Of a DNA stretch of 64,000 bases, positions 48,600 to 59,790 are shown piece by piece (the first letter of the stretch is position 1; the number at the start of each line of letters is the position of its first letter). Made by a program: the position numbers and the translations under genes. The stretch comes from Leucoraja erinacea. Its lineage: Eukaryota. The notes under the pieces are model-generated. The model was not told where the DNA came from. It saw nothing but the letters and a program-made list of their open reading frames with translations, and ran no database searches. The stretch spans positions 20,026,001-20,090,000 of the forward strand of contig NC_073401.1 of assembly GCF_028641065.1 (NCBI RefSeq). The letters are read 5' to 3'.

Positions 48600-51500
48600 G
48601 CCTGTCCCTTTGTGATTTGTAAGCTCACCAGTGCTCTCTTTCTTCTTAATGATGTTCCAAACAGTTGATTTTGGTAAGCCGAAGGTTTGGCTGATGTCTT
48701 TAACAATTTTATTCGTGTTTCTCAGTCTCATAATGTCTTCTTTGACTTTCATTGGCACAACTTTGGTCCTCGTGTTGATAGACAGCAATAAGTGTCCAAA
48801 GGTGATGGAAAGATTGGAGGAAAGACGAGGTGCTGAGAGCTCTCTTATGCCTGCCTTAAGGAGACAATTAAACACACCTGAGCAATTACAAATGCCTGTG
48901 AAGCCATGTGTCCCAAACATTATGGTGCCCTGAAATTGGGGGACTATGTGTAGGGGGGTTGCATGTAAGGTCATCGGGTCAAAGGGTGTGACGCAGGGAG
49001 CAGCTCAATCCTTCTGGAGGATATGGCAGCCTCCAGCATACACCGTTAACGCACAAAACGCGGACTTTATTACCCGTTTAAAACCGCCGAAATGGTCAAT
49101 TTCTGCGCTGTAAATAATTGTGGAAATAGGGCTAACCGTGAGAGAAAACCACCAAAGTCACTTCTGCTCACTGACTTGCGAAAGAGCAGCGTGCCGGCGG
49201 ATTGAGGCCAAGTCCCGGCCCTGACTGAATCCGAGCACCAAGGTGTAAGCGGCCGAAGGTGCGCATCCCTCCGGACAGCCCCCAATCCCCCCGGGGTCAG
49301 CGCTGTCCGCCCAAGGCCGCCCTCTGCCCCGTCTCCCCCTATGTGGCCGCACGGTCACAGGCTGTGGGTCGGCAGCGCCCACACACGGGGCCGCGGCTCC
49401 GGGCAGCGGACACACATAAACCAGGCAACGTCCCCGTCAGCTACAGCAGAGTTGGGGACAGTCTGGTCCCTCCGCCCACCCAGAGTCACTGACCGCACTG
49501 CACCGACCCCCACACCGGGGTGATTCACCTCCCCCACACCCTCCCACACGGGGGACAGACGGACCAGGATCTGCGAGTGTGGAACGAGTCAGTGTGGAGT
49601 CCGGGTTCTGTACTTCCAGCATGACCCGATGACCTTACATGCAACCCCCCTATACATAGTCCCCTCATTTCAGGGCACCATCATGTTTGGGACACATGGC
49701 TTCACAGGCATTTGTAATTGTAAGTGCTTACCTGACGTTCGCCGCTTGTACTCCAGAGAGCGTTGCGTGCTCGGGTCGGGACCTCGACTGCCCTGCAACC
49801 TCCCTATGGATAAAATGCCAATCAATCTTTGCCTGCTTGCACCTGACCACATATTTGCTTGATAATAAAACACATTGCATGCTGAGCTCAAAATGAAATT
49901 GTTTATCAAAAATTATCCTAATATGCCTATTTTAATTGAGGAAAGTTACTTTCTTTACCTGAGAAAAGTTTGTTTTATTTCTATGCTTTGCTGAATAAGC
50001 AGGAACTCTGACCTGTATTTAACCAAATACTCTGTTGAACATCTAAGCTTTTCTTAAATGTTTAAATGTTTGCGGTCATTAAAAGTCTCGAGAGGAAGCA
50101 GCAGTTTTAAACAATAATATTGTAGTCAGCATCTCAACAAGTCTAAGCTGAGGAGAGTGCCTGAGATCTGTTGAAAGATGGTCATAAATCTTGTGCTGCG
50201 AAAGTTATTAAGCTCGATCATACTGTTTTGGTTAACCAAAACTAGAAATGGTATTTGGAAAATATATCTGGACACCTGGCCTGAAATAGGATGAAAATCA
50301 GCTTAATATTAGTAAATGACAATGTTAAGATAGAGGTCGGACAGCTTCCCCACCTCTGCCCGCCCCACCGTCTGTCAGCTGACAAGTACAATGTGATACA
50401 TGAAAGTACATACACTCCAGAATTCTGGTAACACTAACGGGCAGCACAGCGGCATAGCTGGTAGAGTTGCTGCTTCATAGGCCCGAGATACAGCTTCAAT
50501 CCTCACCTCAGGTGCTGGTTAATAGTTGGTTGCTGTATGAGAGCTTGTGATTTTTTTCCAGGTTCTCCTGTTTCCTCCCACATCTCAAAGACGTGCTGGT
50601 TGATAGTTGGTTGCTGTATATTGCCTCTAGTGTGTAGGTAGAATATAGGGGAAGTTAAAGAGAACGTGGGGAGAATAAAAAAAATAGAAGAATTTAAGAT
50701 GAATGTAAATGGGCAATTGATGATCTGTGCAGACTCAATGGGCCAAAAGATCAGTTTTGGGCTGTGTCTCTCTTTGACTTTGACTCTACAAAACCAAAGA
50801 GACAGAAGACTGCAGCTGCTGGGTTCTAGAGCAATGTCATAGAGTCATAGGAACAGAATTAGGCCATTCGGCCCATCAGGTCTACGCCATTCAATCATGG
50901 CAGACCTATTTCTCCCTCCTAACCCAATTTTCCTGCCTTCTCCCCATAACCCCTGACACCCACACTAATCAAGAATCTATCTATCTCGGTCTTAAAAATA
51001 TCCACTGACGGCCTCCACAGAAGGATTGAGGCCAAGACCCGGCCCTGACCGAACCCGAGCACCAAGGTGTAAGCGGCCGAAGGAGCGCATCCCTCCGGAC
51101 AGCCCCCAGTCACCCCCCGGGGTCAGCGCTGTCCGCCCAAGGCCGCCCTCTGCCCCGTCTCCCCCTGTGATGCCGCACGGTCACAGGCTGTGGGTCGGCA
51201 GCGCCCACACACGGGGCCGCAGCGGACACACGGGGCCATAAACCCGGCAACATCCCCGTCAGCTACAACAGAGTTGGGGACAGTCTGGTCCCTCCGCCCA
51301 CCCAGAGTCACTGACCGCACTGCACCGGCACCGGACCCCGACCCCGACCCCCCACACCGGGGTGATTCACCTCCCCCGACCCCCACACGGGGGGGACAGA
51401 CGGCCCGGGATCCGCGAGTGTGGAACAAGTCAGTGTGTGGTCCGCATTCTGGGGCGAATCTGACGTTCGCCGCTTGTACTCCAGAGGGCGTTGCGTGGTC

Positions 51501-51718
51501 GGGTCGGGACCTCGACTGCCCTGCAACCTCCCTATAAACACAGCTGTAAATTCTACACTGGGGCAACCAAAATGTATAGAAATGGCGTTTATTAAAATCT
51601 GACAATGCGCACTTTAACCACATGAGATTTTTTTTCTATTACAAATCTCAAATTGTGGAGTACAGACGCAAATAAATAAATGATGGGTCTTTGCCCCAAA
51701 CATTATGGATGGTATTGT
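48600..51718 (-). mobile_element. Truncated copy of the same Tc1 family, split by nested insertions (48953-51532)
   Basis: 48600-48950 matches ~10545-10895; 51533-51718 resumes the TIR (tataaacacagctg...cccaaacattatgga). Confidence 0.85.
48953..51532. mobile_element. Related TATA-TSD element, rearranged and partly duplicated
   Basis: Ends GGGGGGTTGCATGTAAGGTCA and TGCAACCTCCC|TATA; inserted in the Tc1 site atgTATAaac; shares an internal motif (cccgtt..aaaaccg..gaaat.gtcaattt.tgcgctgtaaat) with 35020-35090. Confidence 0.7.
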
Positions 51719-52000
51719 ACAGTGGAGGTGGAAGAAGTGAAACTAGGGGATGATATGAACAACACGGCCAATTTTCATTTCATCTGCATTGTTATAGTTG
51801 TCACAAAACGCTGGGGTAACTCAGCGGGACAGGCAGCATCTCTGGAGAGACGGAATGGGTGACGTTTGGGATTGAGACCCTTCTTCAGACGTCACCCACT
51901 CCTCTGCAACTTAATAATCATTGCTTATTTGGTCTCCACCGGGCTGGCCGGCCGGCGTGCCTTCCCGTGTTTCACATACAGTATTGCTCGCACTGGGCAG

Positions 52001-52038
52001 CAAAGATACCAGAGCGGAGCCCCGCTATAGTGTCGCCG
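52001..52038. mobile_element. 38-bp degenerate micro-MITE in the GSTT-C promoter
   Basis: ctgggcag|CAAAGATACCAGAGCGGAGCCCCGCTATAGTGTCGCCG|ctgggcag; empty site in copy B at 40848-40855. Confidence 0.8.
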
Positions 52039-52261
52039 CTGGGCAGCGAGTCTAACATGAACTGTTCTGCGCCCCCGTAGACGTCCAACCCGACAATGAC
52101 TTCTGAAGGCGGAGTCCGGACTGGGGAACAAACTGCCCGCGGCTCCAGCTGCTCCAACTATAAGAGCTGCTCGACAATCTGCTGGGATCATTGGCTTTGG
52201 CGGAGGAGAGGCATCGTTGTGGAGTCCGAGACAGGTGACTGTGCCCCCGACTAACCCAGCC

Positions 52262-52373
52262 ATGGCTCTTCAACTCTACCTCGACCTGAACTCGCAGCCC
52301 TGCCGCTCCGTCTACATCTTCGCCAAGAAAAATAACATCGCCTTCGAATTCAAGGCAGTGAGCCTGGCAGAAG
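52262..52373 (+). CDS. GSTT copy C exon 1, 112 nt
   Basis: MALQLYLDLNSQPCRSVYIFAKKNNIAFEFKAVSLAEG; gccATGG context; G|GTAGGC donor. Confidence 0.93.
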
Positions 52374-53138
52374 GTAGGCGGAGAGCTATCCTCTCCACAT
52401 CTCCCCCACCCCGCCTTCCCTCAACCCCTACAGCCTCTCCACAGTCCACACCACATCTTCCCTCCCCACCCTCCGCCCTCTCCCCTCTCCCTCCGCTTCC
52501 ACCACCCCCTCAACACACCACACCTCCACATGCTTCCTTCCTCTACCCTCTCTATACCCCCCATCTCCCCAACATCTCTCTACCCACTCTATCCCCGCTC
52601 CACCTTCCCCATCTCTCCTCCCTCCATCACCCCCACACCATTTCACCGCCACCCCAACTCTCCACTACACCCCATCCCCACCACCCTCGCCTCCTCCACC
52701 ACACTCTCCAATTCTCCTCTTCTTGACCTCATTCCCTACCTCACTATTTCACAACCCCTCCACCACCTCTCTACTGCCTATCCATTCCCCTACTCCACCC
52801 GCTCCTCGTCCTTTTCCCATTTATTTCCCGTTTCCTTTCAGAGCCAAATCCCACTTTGTACAGTTGAATCCATTTGACCCACTGAGTCACCTTGACACAT
52901 CCTGCTGCCCTTCTGCTTTCACCTCGAACCTCATCTCTTTCAGTCTCCACCCCATTTCCACTTCTTCTCTCCTCTATCTTCTCTGCTACCTCCTGTTCAC
53001 TGCCCTCCTTTCTCTGCACCCTTCTCACTTCCCCATCCACTGGCTGCACCCCCTCTCCCCGCTGCCATCTCGCACCGTCCGACTGGGACACATGGACTCG
53101 TGGCTGTGGTGTGATCTCCAGTCGTATCCTGTCCACAG

Positions 53139-53226
53139 GCCAACAATACAGTGAGGAATTTGAAAAAGTCAACCTGCTGAAACGAGTGCCAGCTCTGAAG
53201 GATGGAGACTTCACATTGGCAGAGAG
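53139..53226 (+). CDS. GSTT copy C exon 2, 88 nt
   Basis: Same protein sequence as copy B exon 2 (two synonymous changes); AG/GT boundaries. Confidence 0.93.
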
Positions 53227-54005
53227 GTTGGTGCAAATTTCCAGTCCCAGCTCTCTAAGCAAGTGTCATGCAGAACAGAACTGAGGGGTGTTGGTGATGT
53301 AGGAGGGAAGACTTGCCTCAGGTTCTGCAGGGTTTTTTACTGAGTGAAGTGATTAGAACAGGCAGAAAGGATTGCTGTGCCCCTCACTTCACAGAGACAA
53401 CCCTAAAGCCAAGGCAATGTTTAGAGACCATCGTGGTGTAAAATAAGATCCAAATCACCACACTGGCCACTGGCTACTGCCAGCCACTGGCGACAGCCAC
53501 TGGCGACAGCCACTGGATTTCCTCCCAGGTCCCAAAACGTGTAGGTTTATTGGCTGCTGCAAATTGCCCCTGGTGTGTGGGTGAGTGGTAGAACTGGGAG
53601 GAGTTGAGGAAAATAAAGTCATTAATATAGGATTAGTGTATATTGATGGTCAGCATGGGCTGAATGACCTGTTTCCATGCTGTATCTCAACATGATTCTA
53701 ATAGTCTGTGAGACATGCCAAGGTCTCGCAACATTTTAAAAGTATCTGGATGTGCATTGGGGAAGCTTGTGCGGTCACAGGAAGAACGTGCCAACTCCAC
53801 ACACACAGAACGTGCCAACTCCACCAAGAGCAGGGTTGGGTGTAGCTGGCCTAACAATGACAAGCTGAGGTATGACTGCTAGTAGCACCAAGCATGGATG
53901 GGCAGAATGGTGGGCAATGGGGCTGCTGCAGGGTGATGCCGGGTGAGAGAAATGTTGGAAAAGAGTCAACCTGACGGAAAGTGATGCTCCAAACCTCTCC
54001 TGCAG

Positions 54006-54156
54006 TGTGGCCATTCTGAAATACCTGGCTGGTAAATACAAGACCCCCGACCACTGGTACCCCGCCAACCTCCAGCAAAGGGCTCGTGTGGATGAATATC
54101 TCGCCTGGCAGCACACAGCCATAAGGTTCCACGGATCAAAGCTCTACATGTTCAAG
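54006..54156 (+). CDS. GSTT copy C exon 3, 151 nt
   Basis: VAILKYLAGKYKTPDHWYPANLQQRARVDEYLAWQHTAIRFHGSKLYMFK; AG/GT boundaries. Confidence 0.93.
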
Positions 54157-55207
54157 GTAAACTTGTCAACTTCCACCTCCAGTCTTCCTGCCAACACTCA
54201 CTCCCAGTCCTCTGGCACTCTGCCTCTTGGTCTGCCTCTCTCTTTCTTACAGTAAGTTGCTGCTTTGAAATCCTCGCGTTTGAAGAGGTTTATCTGGCCC
54301 CGGCAATTGGCTAATGTGGCTGATGGCAGTGTTTATTTGCTTTGCTAATCATCATCATATAGGCTGTGGGCCGAGCATCAAAAATGTATCTAGAATTAAC
54401 CTTCATGACCCATGTCTAGGAACTACTTGAAATTTTGCACAGATTTAGATAAAATATAATTGAGAAGGAAGTCATAACTCGTCAGTGCCAAAAGTTACAC
54501 ATTAATTAATTAAGCTAATTACAAAATGAGATCGAAAAAGTAAACGCCGTCTAATGTTCAATGCTCATTTTACTCCATGGGGAGCCTAATTCTGTGCTGC
54601 TGTCTTTTGAAACCTTATATTATTATTATATATACATATATATATATATGATGTGAATATGACTGTGATTATATATAATTATATTATATACAAATAGTAT
54701 AATTAATATAATTGTGAGTGTGTATTTTGAATGAGACTGCCGCAGAGGATCGGCTCCTGAAACCCCTAATTAATGGGTGCGGGCAGTTCCTGTGGGTTCC
54801 CCCGTTTACTGAACCCCATTGACTGCCAGTGTGCAGAGTGGGGCGTCCCATGTGAGGGAGGGGGGTTTGGGTGGAGGGTCCATGGACAAGGGTGCGGCCC
54901 ATTAAAGGGCCTGCCTGCGGGGGGGAGGGGCGGCTCATGGGTGTAGTGGGGGAGGGGAGGACGATGGGGGGGAGAGGGGGCATTCATTGGGACAGAGGGT
55001 GCTCAGTGAGGTTGTGCAGTGCAGCCAATGGTTTCTCTGACGCTGAACTGGGCTGTGGGCGGGTGTGAGGTGATGTGTGGGAGTGCAGGGAGCGGACCAA
55101 GACCCCCGGTGAACTGAGAGAGCGCCGGCTGCCGGGTCTGGCCGCTGTCTGGCGGTGTATTTGGCCGTGCGTCTGGGCTCACTGACCTCTGACCCGCTTG
55201 CCCACAG

Positions 55208-55381
55208 GGCTTGCTGCCCCTGTTAACCGGGCAGCCCATTCCCACAGACAAGGTGGACGAGGCTGTGAGTGATCTGCAGGCATCCATTTGCTTGTTCGAA
55301 GACAAGTTTCTCAAAGACAAGTTCATCGCCGGGCATGAGGTGTCGCTGGCAGATCTGGTGGCCATCGTGGAGCTGATGCAG
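55208..55381 (+). CDS. GSTT copy C exon 4, 174 nt (one codon shorter than B)
   Basis: GLLPLLTGQPIPTDKVDEAVSDLQASICLFEDKFLKDKFIAGHEVSLADLVAIVELMQ; in-frame loss of Pro from KPFI. Confidence 0.9.
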
Positions 55382-55937
55382 GTGAGGGCAATGGACCTTT
55401 GCCAGTGTGCCATACCCACCCAACCAGGGTGCCATAGACCCACACACATACCCACCCAAACTTCAGAGACCCCAGACTTTCACTGGACCAGATAACCCCA
55501 CTCTTCTCCCTGGATGCCACAGCTAAGATCCCTTGACCATTTAATTATGGAGATTGGAAGCCAAGCCCAATGTCCACCCCTCCCAGGCTGGGTGCAGAAC
55601 ACAATGAAACATTCACCCTTTCCCCTTCCACTGTCAGCAATGCTCAGCCCCTCTCCCACACTCATTTACCCTGAGTCCCAGAGGAACACTCCCACCCCAT
55701 GGTCCCACGTACACAGTCTCATGGCTCCGTCCCCACTCACTCCATTGATCAGCCCAGTCTATCCGCTCCGTCTCAGCATCACTGTCCTCACATTCTGGAT
55801 TGCTTCCGTGATCTTTTATTCATACATTACCCATCTCTTTCATCCCAAGGGACCATCTCTCCACTGACAGCCTGCATCTCATCTCTTCCTCCCTTGCATT
55901 TGCTCTCTCTTTCCTCTCGTGCTTGCACTCTTGCCTC

Positions 55938-55972
<35 letters not shown>

Positions 55973-56363
55973 CCCTTACTCCTGATTTTCCACTGATTTT
56001 CCACTCCCTTATTTCACTTTCCCTCCCTTATTCTTTCCTTCTCCCATTCATTCTTTTTCTCCCTCTTTGTCTCTCTCACTCTTCGTCTCCCATTCATTCT
56101 GTCTCTCACTTTTCTTACGCTCAATTTCACATTCCCTCTCTCCTTTGCTCTCTCACTTTCACTCCCCCTCTCTCTCTGACTTCCATGTTCCAGACTGAAC
56201 CCTTAAGCCTCAGCTTCACGCTGTTACTCACTCTCCTCCACACTTGTCACTCTTCAGCCCCTTCATATACCCTGCCCTCCCCTCTATATATCCCACTCCC
56301 CATTCCGTTGCCCTCGCTGTGTTGTTGGCTGCAGATTTTCACTCTTACCTAATTTCACCACAG

Positions 56364-56603
56364 CCTCTCGGCGTGGGATTCGATCCGTTCAAAGATCGAC
56401 CAAAGCTCAGTAGCTGGCGTGACAGAGTCGAGGCAGCCCTGGGCAAAGAGTTACTCGACGAGGCACACGAGAAGATGCTGAAGAGATCAGGAAGTTTAAG
56501 TCATTTGGATGTTAACTCTCCTGCAATGCAACGCTTCACATTAGGTCTGAAAAAAACATACATGTGGTGGAGGACACCAAGTGGCTGCAAGAGTACCTGC
56601 TGA
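56364..56603 (+). CDS. GSTT copy C exon 5 with a 12-aa C-terminal extension (protein 254 aa)
   Basis: PLGVGFDPFKDRPKLSSWRDRVEAALGKELLDEAHEKMLKRSGSLSHLDVNSPAMQRFTLGLKKTYM-WWRTPSGCKSTC*; TGG at 56565 where B has TGA. Confidence 0.88.
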   Translation, partial: PLGVGFDPFKDRPKLSSWRDRVEAALGKELLDEAHEKMLKRSGSLSHLDVNSPAMQRFTLGLKKTYMWWRTPSGCKSTC

Positions 56604-58846
56604 CGGTAACTTCACCAGCAAGGAGCATCAAGTCTACTCCACCATTCAATCATGGCTGATCTATCTCTCCCTCCTAACTCTCTTCTCCCCATAAGCCCTA
56701 ACATCCATGCTAATCAAGAGTCTATCTATCTCTGCCTTAGAAACTTCCATTCCGTGGCAAAGAATTCCTCTGATTCACCACCCTCTGACTAAAGAAATTC
56801 CTCCTCATCTCCTTCCTAAAGGAACGTCCTTTAATTCTGAGGCTCTGACCTCTAGTCCTAGACTCTCCCACTGGTGGAAACATCCCCTCCACATCCACTC
56901 TATTCAAGCCTTTCACTACTCGGTATGTGTCACTGAGGTCCCTACCTCGTTCTTCTAAACTCCAGCGAGTACAGGCCCAGTGCCATCAAACGCTCCTCAT
57001 ATGTTAACCCACTAATTCCTGGGATCATTCTTGTAAACCTCTGGGCCCTCTCCAGAGCCAGCACATCTTTCCTCAGATATGGTGCCCAAAATTGCTCACA
57101 ATATTCCAAATACGGACTGACCAGTGCCTTATAAATCCTCAGCATTACATCCCTGTTTTTTTTATTCTAGCCCTCTTGAAATAAAGGCTAGCGTTGCGTT
57201 TGCTTTCTGCAATTTCCTGTAATTAAATAAAATGCTAGAAGTTCCTGCATCTCAGTGGCAGAGTTGTCTCTTTGTATTTTGTCCTGATTTCTCCCTTCAC
57301 TGGAGGTCCCCCTTGCTGAGGTAACTCCCCACATCCTGCCCCCACACCCCCCAGCACCAGGGACACATTGACAATAAATACAAACTGGAGATGCTGGAAA
57401 TATTGAAATAAAAACAGAAAATGCAGGAAGCACTCAGCAGATCAGGGGGCACCTGTGGAGTTTGAAGACTCGATGTATCAGATCTAAGATGCTTCCTCAG
57501 AATTGCTGGAGTAACATAACAGGTCAGGCAGCATTGATAGATAACTGCCTCTAGATTATCATACATAACTGGATAGATAACATTTCTGCTTGGGTCCCTT
57601 CCTCAGCCTGAGCTGCTGAGTTATGGGACTTCACGTCTTTGTAAAGGAGCATCTGCAGTTCCTTGCGTGAAAACAAGTTTGTTTTAGGGAGAAAAGTGGG
57701 GGGAGTGATGGGTTCCAACAAAGAGACTGTCTCTCACAGGGTGAGCCCAAATGACCCAATAAGCCTGTTGTTAGAAGCAAATGATGTCCCTGTGTGTGCG
57801 TTCCTGTGTGTGAGGCTGTGGGTTACAGCCATCAGGACAGACTGTACCATGACACTGGTACCATGTCCACAGCCCATTGTCAGTGCCCACATGGGGCATT
57901 GCCATCAAGAGGCAGTGGTCACAGTACTGATTTATTGAAGCACAACTCGGATTGTGTGGCATTACGGTGGGTGAACTGTTTGAGGGAAGTGGGTACGGAG
58001 GGAAGGGTGGAACACTGGAGGGAAGTGGGTGAGTTTGGTTGGTGGAGGCCCCTTCACACTCTGCACTTCGATATCATGGCTTGTCATTTCTCCCGTTCTC
58101 ATGTCTACTCCCCTCCTTTACATGTGTAGGAAGGAACTGCAGATGCTAGTTTGAACCAAAGATAGACACAAAATGCTGGAGTAACAGCGGCACAAGCAGC
58201 ATCCCTGCATAGAAGGAATGGGTGATGTTTCGGGTCAAGGCCCTTCTTCAGACTCACTGCTCACACACAGAGTGGATGTACAGAGGATGTTTCCCCTAGT
58301 GGGAGAGTCTAGGACTCGAGGTCATAGCCTCAGAATTAAAGGACATTCCTTTTGGAAGGAAATGAGAAGGAATTTCTTTAATGAGAGGGTGGTGAATCTG
58401 TGGAATTCTTTGCCACAGAAGGCTATGGAGGCCAAGTCAATAGATATTTTTAAAGCAGAGGTGGATAGATTCTGGATTAGTACAGGTGTCAGGGGTTATG
58501 TGCAGAAGGCAGGAGGATGGAGTTAGGAGGGAGAGATAGATCAGCCATGATTGAATGTAGACTTGATGGGCCGAATGGCCTACTTCTGCTCTTATCACTG
58601 ATGATCCTCTCACTGCCCACGCACACACCCTATGAGTCCCAACACACGCGCATACATAACAATATTGTACCATTGGCTGTGCTGCCCTGGGCAGCGACTG
58701 CTTGACCTCACTGGGCTCAGTGCTGAGAGCACACAGCTGTTCCTGCGGGGCTCCTGGGCAGCAACACCAATCACTGGGCCGTGATATACAACAGGTGGCA
58801 GACTCACACAGCTAATGACACTGAGAAACACTGATTGGTAGAAACA

Positions 58847-58852
58847 TTTATT
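58847..58852 (-). terminator. Polyadenylation signal AATAAA for GSTT copy D
   Basis: tttatt on plus, ~350 nt after the stop codon, followed by GT-rich sequence on minus. Confidence 0.6.
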
Positions 58853-59057
58853 GCTAATGTTTCAGAGAGAAATGACACAGAGGGGCAATGTAATGGACAA
58901 AACAAATACAGAGCAATAAAATCCATATGGGGACGAGCAAAGAACTGGGGGATCGGGTCCTCATGCTGCCTGTTATACAGTTAAACGTGGCATCATGGTT
59001 GCACAGACACTGTGGGCCAAAGGGCCTCTACCTGTGCTGTACTCCTCAATGCCAGGA

Positions 59058-59172
59058 CAGGTGTGTGGGGCTGTGTGTAGACAGGTGTGGGTGTGTACAG
59101 GCAGGTGTGTGGGTGTGTGTACAGGCAGGTGTGTGGGTGTGTGTACAGGCAGGTGTGTGGTTGTGTGTGTGT
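59058..59172. repeat. 24-bp GT-rich minisatellite in the GSTT-D 3' UTR
   Basis: caggtgtgtgggtgtgtgtacagg repeated about 4.5 times. Confidence 0.8.
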
Positions 59173-59198
59173 CCTCACTGGGTCTGCAGACCCGCCCG

Positions 59199-59405
59199 TT
59201 ACTTTCCCCCCTTGAGGAGCATCTTCTTCATGGCTTCCAGCAGCTCGGGCTGCTTCTGCGAGATCGATTCCAAACTCTGCTGTATGTTTAACACAGGGCC
59301 GTGAACCTCATCAAACAGCTCTTTGCCAATTGCCTTCTTCACCCGCTCTCGCCAAGCGTTGAGTGCGGCGCTGCCATCCAGCGGGTCGTGCCGGCCACCC
59401 AGGGG
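59199..59405 (-). CDS. GSTT copy D exon 5 to TAA
   Basis: PLGGRHDPLDGSAALNAWRERVKKAIGKELFDEVHGPVLNIQQSLESISQKQPELLEAMKKMLLKGGK*; cccAG acceptor. Confidence 0.92.
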   Translation of the reverse strand, partial: PLGGRHDPLDGSAALNAWRERVKKAIGKELFDEVHGPVLNIQQSLESISQKQPELLEAMKKMLLKGGK

Positions 59406-59790
59406 CTGGGGAGTGAGGAGAGAGGTCAGGTCGTTAATGAACCGGCTGCACAGCCTGCCCTTGCCTTGGGACCGCTCTGTGGAGCCAGTGACCATCCAGC
59501 AGAGCCAGTGATCCTGTACAGCCAGCAGGCTCTCCACTAGTGGAGCTAGTGACATCCCAGTGAAGCCTGTGACCTCTCTGTGGAGTCAGTGACCTCCTTC
59601 AGACTGTCCCCTCTATCCAGTCAGCTTATAGCGAGTCAATTAACCTACAAACCTGTACATCTTTGGAGTGTGGGAGGAAACCAGAGATCTTGGGGAAACC
59701 CCATGCAGGTCATGGGGAGAATGTACAAACTCCGTACAGGCTACACCCATGGTCAGGGTTGAGTCTGGATCTTTGGTGCTATAAGTGCTG

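Larger units (their letters stand above)
39925..57780 (+). repeat. Tandem segmental duplication carrying GSTT B (~39925-47980) and C (~48230-57780)
   Basis: Promoters, introns, 3' CR1 and downstream flanks align collinearly (e.g. 40785-41190 vs 51925-52260; 46940-47980 vs 57190-57780). Confidence 0.85.

Noticed and set aside
49070-49620. GC-rich region with many overlapping ORFs as a gene or CpG-island promoter
   Set aside because: Internal part of a TIR element, duplicated at 51025-51430 with frame-breaking indels
56586-56603. C-terminal CKSTC as a prenylation signal
   Set aside because: It does not fit CAAX, CC or CXC spacing
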